Assembly (NCBI GenBank): GCA_951406725.2
Contig: OX597819.1
Span: 95,046,001-95,110,000, forward strand
From: Octopus vulgaris
Lineage: Eukaryota
Length of the DNA stretch: 64,000 nucleotides
Direction of reading: 5' to 3'
The notes under the pieces are model-generated. The model did not search any database. It was not told where the DNA came from and saw only the letters and a program-made list of their open reading frames with translations. Every line of letters starts with the position of its first letter. Positions within the stretch are counted from its first letter, which is position 1. The position numbers and the translations under genes were made by a program. Shown here one piece after another: positions 53,691-64,000 of the stretch.

Positions 53691-54558
53691 AACAAAACTG
53701 ACACATGTTCCTTCCTCAGGAGTATTAGTAAAGTGGCAGCACTGAGCAGTGAAACCCAACCACATTATCACTTATACTGTGGTGCTTATTTTGTCCTTTT
53801 TAGTCATTAAGTGATATACCAAGGTTTTTTGCTTTTGATGTATTTTTCATTCAATTTTAAAACCATATTAATTGTCTCTAGTTTAAGCATTCTCAGAGGA
53901 AGGGGCCAGGAATAAGAAACTATCAGCATTAGAACCATTTGCTAGGGTCATTTTAGAAGGGGAGAGACCTACTTTCTCACTGAAACCTTTGTACCTCTTA
54001 GCCTTGCTTTTTTTAATTTATTTAACTCATACATAGCAAAGATTTAGCCTGATTGTCACACACACACACAGTATCAAATTACCAGTGACAACTGTGGGTG
54101 AAAGATAGAGGTAACAAAAAAGATCTAACAAATCTAGACACACGGAGAGGTGGGGGGGGGAGAAACATGAGAAGGGAAAGAGATGACAAAGTTTAATCAA
54201 GACAAAAACAACAGAGAACATTGAAAAACAAGAAATTAAAGAAAAAAACTAAAAGAGTATAAATAACAAATTAGGTAGAATATAAAAGTCAAAGGGGGAT
54301 TAAAACTTAAATTAAGGTTATGACACTAAAGAATAAATACCAAAAGTAATAGATAATGGGTGCGGCTACTTGTATACTCATACACTCACACACACAAATG
54401 TACATCATATAACAATGATTTGGGGGTTAACAGCCCTTTCTAGATGTTATACTTTATATTTATGTAATTCTTGCCAAACTCAACCTTTCTTTGTTAACAC
54501 AGTGTGTGTGTGTGTGAGGGAGAGACAGAGATTTTTGTCACTGCATATTGGCGTAGGA

Positions 54559-54698
54559 CAGCCATGGGCAACGTGCAGCCCATGTGAGTTTTTGAATGAC
54601 ACTTCTAATGAAAAATTACCATAAATATCTTTGTAGTTCAATCCACCTCATGATGAGTCTCATGCAACCCACTTCTTAGAAAAGACTGCCCATACCTG
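54559..54698. mobile_element. Small hAT-type MITE
   Basis: Imperfect TIRs CAGCCATGGGCA / TGCCCATACCTG; decayed 8-bp flanks gcgtagga / gcacaggg. Confidence 0.6.
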
Positions 54699-54799
54699 GC
54701 ACAGGGCTTAAATATCTTCAATAAAATAGAAATTCCAGTGCTTTATGAACAAGGTCCCTTGACATATTTGTTCTACACTGAGTTGAACACTCCCATGTC

Positions 54800-55362
54800 A
54801 ATCTCATCATCAGAAATGAAGTGAACCGGTAAGTGGCCCATTGGAAACGTGTAGCCAATGGAGCTACTGTTCACCAATTATAATATAAAATATCATAAAT
54901 TCGTCACACACAATGCCAGGCTCTAACCCAAATGCAAAAGGAGGAGGGTGGTCGGCAGGCTAGCAAGCTGTCCCCAGAACCACTGAGGAAAACACTCATG
55001 TGGGGAAAACAACAATTGCTACAGAAACAGCAATAAAAATTGTAATCAACACCTTTGGCATGAAAAGAGAGATTTGCCCCAAGTAATGGCAAGACCAAGA
55101 CAAAGTTGAGGGGTTACCCAATCTCTGATGAAGAGTTCAGTTCTGAGTGTGAAGCAAAATACTTCAATTGTTACGTGGAACATTTGAACTTAGTACTTAT
55201 GAGGAACATTGGCCCAACTGCTTCATGAATTTGACCACGACTAACTGAGTATCCTGAGAGTAAGCAAAATGCACTAGACTGAAAGTTGAAAGATCTGCAA
55301 TGATAAAACAATTTTGTATTCTGACCATGAGGACCAACACATTCATGGTGTAGGAATATCAG
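54800..55362 (+). pseudogene. RTE-type LINE 5' fragment: AP endonuclease N-terminus
   Basis: From ~55167: IVTWNI*T..GTLAQLLHEFD..LSILRVSKMH*T...KTILYSDHEDQHIHGVGI, matching TWNVRT..LGVSEMRW..YSG..GVG. Confidence 0.75.
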
Positions 55363-56305
55363 ATGCTCAGTCTGCTGAAGTGCTTATAGGCTAGAGAACA
55401 ATGAGTGACCAAATTAACAACTTGGTTTAACACATACACACACACACACGCATAAAGTATATATATTAATCAGTTTCATGTCTTATAAGAGTATCCATTA
55501 ATGGGTGAACAATGATATCACTAATAACTACAACACTACCCACAAGTCTGAGGGCTTATACCTAAACCTGCTAGGAATAACAGCGAAATCTGGCTCAAAT
55601 CACAAGCTACAATTTTAAAAATAGAAGAATACATTGCATAATATAGTCCCCAGTCTGATGATAAGATGGAATGGCTAGGGCTAGAATGTCTGTCAGAAGA
55701 AGTACATCAGAAAGCAAGGATACCATGTCAAAAAAGGATGAAATTGTTCAACCTCTACTTTTGTCCTGTACATATAATTTGACTTACCCTCTTATGTGTG
55801 TGTGTGTGTGTATACATACATATGCATATAATGTATGTGTATATATGCACATATACATACACGTTTACAAACATATTTTCTACAAACACAGTAAAAACTT
55901 GACTAAAAGAACAGTAACTCTGAACAGAAATTGATACAAGGTAGAAACAACTCTTTAGTTGTGTTGTAGCATGATACAAAATGCACTCAGACCATGCTGT
56001 AAAACAGTTGGTAATGAGAAGAGAATTCAGCCATAGAAAGCATGTAAAATAATAACCAGAAAAATATAAGTACAACAAATTAAATATAGGCACTTTCCAT
56101 TGCTGTATTAGCAGATAATAATGAACTGCAACAAATGATGAAACACCTTTCTGTTCCATCTCAGCATGGAAAAACATGCAAAAACAAAAAAGAATGATGA
56201 TATTTAATATATTACATTTGTGGATTTTTTTTCTTTTAGAGTATGTGCATATTTGCATAAATATATACCCTTGTAATTTCCTTTGCAGTATCTTAAACCA
56301 GTAAT

Positions 56306-56625
56306 GGCACATGGCTTAGTGGTTAGGGTATTCAGTTCATGATCAAAGGGTCATGAGTTCAATTCACAGTGGCACATTGTGTCCTTGAGCAAGACACTTT
56401 ATTTCATGTTGCTCTAGTCCACTCAGCTGGCAAAAATGAGTAGTACCTGTATTTCAAGGGACCAGCCTTGTCCCACTCTGTGTCACACTGAATCTCCCTG
56501 AGAAGTATGCGAAGGCGTACATTTCTGTGGAGTACTCAGCCACTTGCACATTAATCGCATGAGCCAGCTGTTCTGTTGATCAGATCAACTGGAACCCTTG
56601 TTGTTATAAGTGACAGAGTGCCAAT
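56306..56625 (+). mobile_element. tRNA-derived SINE, CORE-like centre (family D), near full length
   Basis: A-box tggcttagtgg, B-box gagttcaattc, then gtgtccttgagcaagacacttt; the flanking sequence tatcttaaaccagta occurs on both sides (TSD-like). Confidence 0.82.
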
Positions 56626-56779
56626 TATCTTAAACCAGTATAAGTTGGAGTGGAGGCAATGACTCCTACTGTATAGTGCTAGGTCCTCAATAAAACCATT
56701 ATCTCTTGACCAAAATAGTTAACAACAGAAGAACTGCAAAAGATTTCCATAAACTCTTCTTCACTCAAAACACATGCAT

Positions 56780-57047
56780 ACCAACTGCTCTGTCTGCAAT
56801 GCCAAGGCCAAGCTGGTGGGTATGATCATGGAGGTATTTGAAGATCTTTCCAGAGACATAGTAAGGAACACATGCGTCAGGTTCCTGAGCCATCTTGAGG
56901 CCTTGGTGAAAGCTGAGGGCAGCTATTTTGAGTAAACTGTTATCTAGTTGATATTTTTTAATTTTCTGAAGTACTTTATTTTTGTATGTTATATTGGTGT
57001 TTTGTTTTCTTTTTATGCAAATTATCAAATTTAGCCCAAACACCCAG
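56780..57047 (+). pseudogene. Tc1/mariner (maT-like) transposase C-terminus plus 3' TIR remnant
   Basis: 56780-56935 translates TNCSVCNAKAKLVGMIMEVFEDLSRDIVRNTCVRFLSHLEALVKAEGSYFE*; end ...aaacacccag resembles the CACCCTG terminus. Confidence 0.78.
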
Positions 57048-57166
57048 TGTGTGTGTGTGTGTGTATATATATATAGAGATAGATAGATATATTATACATA
57101 CATATATACATACACACACACACATATATATTTATATATATAAATACATATATACATGTATATGTA

Positions 57167-57201
<35 letters not shown>

Positions 57202-57369
57202 ATATATACATACACACTCATGTATGCATGTATCTCTGGATGTATATAGCAAGAGTATTTAAGTCATAAAAACAAAGTTATTCCAGCTGTATGAGCCGAA
57301 TAACAGCTGAGAAACTGATTGATTGGGGTGGATTTATGAATTCCTGCTCTGAACAGATGCTACAATAAA

Positions 57370-57862
57370 CAACACCACAACCCTCACTACACTAAAGAAT
57401 AACTCCATCACCAATTTGACCCTACTATTACCAACACTGCCATTATTATCACACTAATACAGCGTCTATCAATACTATGCTACCACCATGAACAGTAATA
57501 CTCCAGCATAACAACTGTCAATTATATCCTACTATCAAAAACATTACTATTGCCAATACTACACTGTTACTATTGCTCTCATCACCATCACACTGATCAG
57601 TAACACCACAACACTGGTACACTAACACCACTACAACAACAATGAACAATAATGCCACCATCAACACTACAACTGCCAACACTAGCACTACCACTTTTAT
57701 CCCACTATCACCACTCCCAATATTCATTCTAAGACAATCAATACTCTCAATGCCAACATTACTATGGCTACAAACACAACTACACACCAACAACTACTGA
57801 AAATGTCACCACTACAAATATTAACAACAAAACAACCCCCATAACAAACACTAACACCATTG
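57370..57862. repeat. Degenerate ACC/ACT/AAC low-complexity tract
   Basis: A/C-rich trinucleotide mosaic with no sustained frame. Confidence 0.7.
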
Positions 57863-59317
57863 CAAATAGGTAAATATATAAATAGGAACTCAATAATTTT
57901 CTTTATTCCCTAGGATTTGCTTGATAAACATTTCTAGGAATAGTGTCAAGTTCCACTCAAAAATTTGCCTTAAAGAGTCAACAGACATCACAGGTACAAG
58001 CAAATGTTTTGTACGTTTTTATTTTAACCACCCTTTCAAAGACAATAACATATGCTCATGTGCCTTTAATAGTAAGTTTTAAACCATACAGCTTATATTT
58101 AGATTGCATGTGAATGAATGAGTGGGAGAGTGTGTGTATATATATATAAACAAAAGTTGTACAATGTAATTAAGAAATACCAACATCACACATAAATACA
58201 CACAAGCAGTAAGTACCACACTCCCCTCACCAGTTAATTAACACCTAAAACAAACACAACACATGTATGTCTATTTATATTTATATACTTACAGACATGC
58301 TCCTACATATGAAGCATAGATAAACTCTCTTCATTTCATTTTTCCTATGCTTACTACAATGGCCTCTGTTCTCTGGAACAGGCTGTCTCATGTTAACTCA
58401 AGCAACCCTAACTAAGCTGTTTCATCTCTTCTTATCATTCATTTTGTGTTCAACCTTATCTGGTCCTGCACTTACCAACTACGCCTAGTTTAACCTCCCC
58501 AAAGTATCAGCCTCAAGAGTTTCCTCCTTGCTCATTCCTACAGTACACTTGCCTCTGTTTAAATGAAATGTTAATAATACAAATTTCACCAATCTCTGAG
58601 GAACTCCAGAGACTGAAGGCAATATTTGTTCCTCTGTACATGGCAACTAAGAAAATACAATACCACACACATACATAAATTCCTTATACATATATATCAA
58701 TATCATTTCATCAGTATTAGAAGCCCACTTATCCATGCTTGCATCAGTCAGATGGAATTTGCTGCGGAAGATTTTCTACAGAGATGTCTTTCCTGCTGTC
58801 AACTTTCATCGATTTCTAACAGAGGTAATATTTCCCATGGCCAGATGTTCTTTGCACGATAATGGAAAGGAATAACATTATTTGGATGATAGAGAAGCTC
58901 ATTGACAACCACCACGTGATGTAAAGACAAGGGTGCACACAGACATGCACACATACCACTGTGCACTATCTTGGGCAAAGGTCTTCTACTATAGCTCTGC
59001 AATGACCATTATTTTGTGAAAGAATCTGGTATATGGAAACTTTGTGGAAGCCAGTCATGTGTGTGTGGAAAGTTTATATACATACATATGTATGGACAAT
59101 GGACCTTAACTAAGGATATATATGATATGTGTGTAGGTGTGCATACGAATGAGTGTATGCGTCTATATATACATGTGTATACACACATACACACATATAT
59201 ATTTTTATCATCATCATCAGCAACAGTGGATGTTAAAATGATGGTAGCATGGAAAATGGTAGTCAAGCAATGTTGGAAGAACAAACACAAACACACGCAC
59301 ACAATGTTATATACATA

Positions 59318-59369
<52 letters not shown>

Positions 59370-59373
59370 TACA

Positions 59374-59409
<36 letters not shown>

Positions 59410-59622
59410 TATATAATGTTATATATAGGCGGCGCCCCAGCATGGCTGCAGTCGAAAGACAGAAATAAGTAAAAGAATAAAAAAATATATCAAATGTAAT
59501 ATATACATATATATATATATATACATACATATATATACAAATGGCGGTGCCCCAGCATGGCCACAGCTCATAAGCTGAAACTAGAATCAATCAATCAATC
59601 AATATATATATATATATACATA

Positions 59623-59980
59623 CCCAGTGGGTAGGGCAGCGGACTCGCAGTTATAGGATTCCCAGACTTCGCATTGTGTTTATTGAGCAAAAAACACCTA
59701 AAGCCCCATGAGGCTTCAGCAGAGGATGGTGGTGAACCCTGCTGTACTCTTTCACCACAACTTTCTCTCACTCTTTGTTGGATGGCATTTGACTGTTCAG
59801 GAGTTCATCCGCCCTTTGACAGGTCTTATTTTTCATCCCGCAGGTTTGTCCAACAACACTCTCCTCATCAAGCAAGCCTGGTGGGGGTTGCCAGTTTAGT
59901 CGCTGACGACCCGACCATGCCTTTCTTTTGCTGGACTCAAATCTCATTTGCGAACCCATGGAAAATGAACCAAATTTAAC
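59623..59980. mobile_element. SINE-like head (+) fused to a probable RTE 5' UTR fragment (-)
   Basis: cccagtgggtagggcagcggac..attgtgtttattgagcaaaaaacac; 59780-59930 is GC-rich with minus-strand aaactggcaacccc (family assignment from recall). Confidence 0.45.
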
Positions 59981-60083
59981 TATTCTGCCTATATGTCTGT
60001 GCACACCTTTGAATACACCATATATGTATGTGTATATATGTGTGTGTGTGTGTATATACATATACACACACATATATAGATGC

Positions 60084-60124
<41 letters not shown>

Positions 60125-60132
60125 ATGTAATA

Positions 60133-60312
60133 TAAATGCTTGGCAATATTTCGTCTGTTGTTACGTTCTGAGTTCAAACTGCACCAAGGTCAACTCTGCC
60201 TTTCATCCTTTCGGGGTCGATAAGTTAAATACTAGGTGCCTACTAGGGTCGATCTAATAATCGACTGGGCCCCTCCACAAATATTTCGAGCCTTGTGCCT
60301 AGAGAAGAAAGG
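60133..60312 (+). mobile_element. SINE family B copy with CpGs retained
   Basis: ctgagttcaaact..aggtcaactctgcctttcatcctttcggggtcgataag..ccttgtgcctagagaagaaagga. Confidence 0.85.
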
Positions 60313-60405
60313 AATATATATATATATATATATATCATTTAGCGTCCGCTTACATGATATATATATATATATTCCTTTATATATATATGTATGTATGTAT
60401 ATATA

Positions 60406-60482
<77 letters not shown>

Positions 60483-60551
60483 GTGTGTATGTATATATAT
60501 ATAATGTGATTTATATTATGTAATATACATATATAATATATATATGTAATG

Positions 60552-60598
<47 letters not shown>

Positions 60599-62166
60599 TC
60601 TATATGTATACATATACATCTGTCTGCCTGTCTGTTTGTCTATCTATCTATCTAGGTATACATATATAATACACACATACATACATACATACATACACAC
60701 ACGCGCGCGCGCGCGCAAACATATACGCATGGATTGACAGTTACACACAATAACAAACTTACAAATATACATAATGGTATGATTTATTGCCCTTTACCAG
60801 ACAGTATGTCAACACAACGTACTGAATTTAAACAAGGATACAGGTGTAAAATAACGAAAAAGTTTCACAAGTCTATAAACTATGAAAACGGAATGGCATA
60901 AACCATAAAACTCCCTTGTTCAAATACATATAAATGCATGAGTAGGGAATGTGCACGGTTGTGTCTGTGTGTACAATGTACATCCGTGCGCGTGTATGCG
61001 CGCGCGTCCACACAAAATATATGCATATGAGATATGCATAGTTTATGTTTACAGTCTGTTTACATTAGGCACTCATGCACACACACAGTAAACTAGAATT
61101 AAAGGTGGATGAAAAGCATACACAGAAACATACACGGTATAATGTAAAACATAATACAAGGTTAGATATATGAGTCTTTCATCTTAAAAAGAAAAGAACA
61201 AAATGATCTTTAGAGCTAGGTACATATACCTGCTGGAAAATAGATATGCCTTTAAACTGACGAGGTGGTTACAGTTGGAATGCTATTCATCAACAGTTTG
61301 CTTGATTCGTGTTGACCTAGCATTACTGAACAGAGCAAACCAACTGGATCCTCTACTCTCACCTCGATCTGCCAGAAATAGCAGTTCAATAATAATCTGA
61401 AGATCGCCATTCAGCGATCTTTCGATGAAACATTTTCCCACAGTTACCTTAAAAAAATAAATAAATAAAAACTTTCTTCAGGGTAGTCCTAGATATACAA
61501 AAAAAGGCGGGGCTGGTCACAGCTAGGGCTACTTGCCCAGGGCTGAGACGGGACAAAAGGATATTTAATAAATTACACGCTTACTAATACATAAAATGGC
61601 AACAAACTTGAAATACACGACAGACACAATATGGTATTTGTGCTTTTATAAATATGTATGGATGCATATATCTAAGTAATTCATTTTAATATTGCACCGA
61701 GAATGACTTTAGAACTGATTATTTAATAACAAGAAAACACACGCTCTCAACATATGCATTACAGAAAATGTAAACACAATTATAAGGTATAATGTAAACA
61801 CGTTAACAAGATGTAAATACGCACATTCAGTATCGTGTAAACATACGTACAGTAATAAATGGATCCTTCCGACTCAACGATGAGTATCCTAGTTGTTAGA
61901 TCAATCGAACATCTTACTCTATGAATTATAATAAAAGTGGCTGCGTTTTCCAGGTACTTTGTACTCTTAAAATGCGATTGGCTCTTTGAAAACACGGTTA
62001 TAGTCAATCAAATGGATTTCTACACAGTTTTTGTCTTCACACAAAGCCTGGGTCGACTATAAGAGTATGTTAGAAGACAGAAGGATCGAACCAGAAAGAG
62101 CTTTATGATCGAGAATCGAACTGCTTAACCACAACACAATATCCATATTATGTGTACGAGTGTGCG

Positions 62167-62247
<81 letters not shown>

Positions 62248-62547
62248 TATACTTGGGGATGGTCATTTCTTTTTGCCAATTATGTGTGTGTGTGTATATA
62301 TATATAGAGAGAGAGATAAATATATATACATACACACACACACACACATCTACACAGATATACATACATATATATGTGCGTGTATATATATATACACACA
62401 TATATGTATGAATGTATGTTAGTATGTATATATATATATATTTGTATATATGTATATATGTGTGTGTATATATATATGCAAATACACACACATATGTATG
62501 TGTATATATACTTATATCTATATATATGTGTGTATGTATGTATATAT

Positions 62548-62763
62548 ACTCTTTTACTTGTTTCAGTCATTTGATTGTGGCCATGCTGGAGCACCGCCTT
62601 TAGTCGAGCAAATCGCCCCCAGGACTTATTCTTTGTAAGCCTAGTACTTATTCTATCGTTTTCTTTTGCCGAACCGCTAGGTTACGGGGACATAAACACA
62701 CCAGTATCGGTTGTCAAGCAATGTTGGGGGGACAAACACAGACACACAAACATATACATATAC

Positions 62764-62806
<43 letters not shown>

Positions 62807-62935
62807 TATATTCGACGGGCTTCTTTCAGTTTCCGTCTACCAAATCCACTCATAAGGCTTTGGTTGGCCCGAGGCTATAGTAGAAGGCACTTGCCCAAGG
62901 TGCCACGCAGTGGGACTGAACCCGGAACCATGTGT
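62548..62935 (-). mobile_element. SINE family A, best preserved copy (head, internal microsatellite, LINE-like tail)
   Basis: Minus strand: ccgggttcagtcccactgcgtggcaccttgggcaagtg...(TA/TG)n...ggcggtgctccagcatggcc..gactgaaacaagtaaaagag. Confidence 0.85.
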
Positions 62936-64000
62936 ATATAATATATATATATGATACATCAAGTACAGGACATCACCAAAGAGTGAAAATTACGTAAACA
63001 CATGAGAGACAAGTACAGGACAAATTATCAAAAAAAAGTCTATCTCCCCCTCAGTTGTCAACTGTTAATTACTACCTATTTCGAACATCAACGACAATAT
63101 AGGTAAAGTTCATAAACAGCAGCTTCCAGAAATTTTTGAAATATAAAATTTCTGGAGAGTCAGAACCTCGAGGGAACAAACAACGGCAGAATGGACGTAC
63201 AGAGTAAACAATAGACGAATACAAAGATAAACATTAAGGGCCGTCAGGCCGCACACGCGCTCAGAGAATATGTAAACAGAGTAATGTAAAAAACACGTAT
63301 ATGAATACTGAGAACAGAATATAACCACACGCCAACACAGTAGTATGTAAAGATGTAAACACACACAGTTACTTACATATACATACTACGCAGTAAGAAC
63401 AAACATATACATACCATATGAGAGCATGAAAATCAGTTTCTCTACATTATAGTGTAGATGCACAAATATTACACTGGCATCGACAATATTATTTTGCTAT
63501 ACATTTCAAATATGGAACGATATCGACGACAATTACGTTAGTTTTTGATATTTGCAAGACAACAGACTGTTAAGTCCAGCCATATGCACGTTCCTCTGAT
63601 ATGAAAACAAGAATATATTACAATGCATTAATGTTTTTTTACATCTTTGCAATATGTAAATTGAATATGTCTTTGATTTTGACGTAAGTTAGGTCTGTTT
63701 ATTTACTAAAGCAAGTATAGTCAGAACAGAAGAGGTGACAAGTGCATGTTTTTGAAGATGTTCTTTCCTATATACACACATGCCAATGAAACATTCTAAA
63801 AAAGGAATGAGGAACCTCTTGCCTGTTGACAAAATTTTGCGTGCATTCACGTTTGAAAAATGATTTACGCCTAAAGTCTTAAACAGCAACTGAAGTTGTA
63901 TACCTATGAATTTTTAAAATTAGAAAGATTCGCTATTTTTCCTCAGCAGAGATACGTTCCACAGATTTGTAATTTGCCCTTAGTACAAAAAGGATCCTCC

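Noticed and set aside
56306-56380. tRNA gene
   Set aside because: A and B boxes continue into a SINE body; no cloverleaf found
57370-57862. Mucin-like Thr-rich exon
   Set aside because: Frame breaks repeatedly and no convincing splice sites; decayed trinucleotide tract
59009-62941. Many overlapping [12 protein letters not shown] ORFs up to 193 aa
   Set aside because: Stop-free (TA)n/(CA)n repeats and SINEs; no protein signal
63689-63889. Possible first coding exon of a minus-strand host gene
   Set aside because: Non-ATG start, no recognisable domain and no clear splice donor; unsupported without RNA data

Overview
AT-rich eukaryotic (animal) genomic DNA made up largely of transposon relics and microsatellites ((TA)n, (CA)n, (GA)n, (ATG/CAT)n, (AAT)n). 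The SINE/LINE families resemble, from memory, those of octopus (inference, not a database result). I found no credible host protein-coding exon, rRNA, tRNA or CRISPR array; most ORF-track entries are microsatellite translations. Recognisable elements: a decayed two-LTR Ty3/Gypsy element lacking the integrase core (7557-10976, -); a 5'-truncated RTE LINE with a PHD finger inside its RT C-terminal region (49011-50380, -); a Neptune-type Penelope element (about 51372-53690, -); fossils of hAT, Tc1/mariner, Dong/R4, CR1-like and RTE elements; piggyBac, Tigger and hAT MITEs; and several SINE families. The most notable local features are a recent 201-bp inverted templated insertion (16213-16413 copied to 20460-20660), a head-to-tail SINE stack in (AAT)n, an unnamed repeat of about 200 bp with roughly 25 copies, and a shift from CpG-depleted to CpG-retaining DNA at the right end. 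I see no convincing new multi-gene system. All alignments were done by eye, so boundaries of old elements are approximate.
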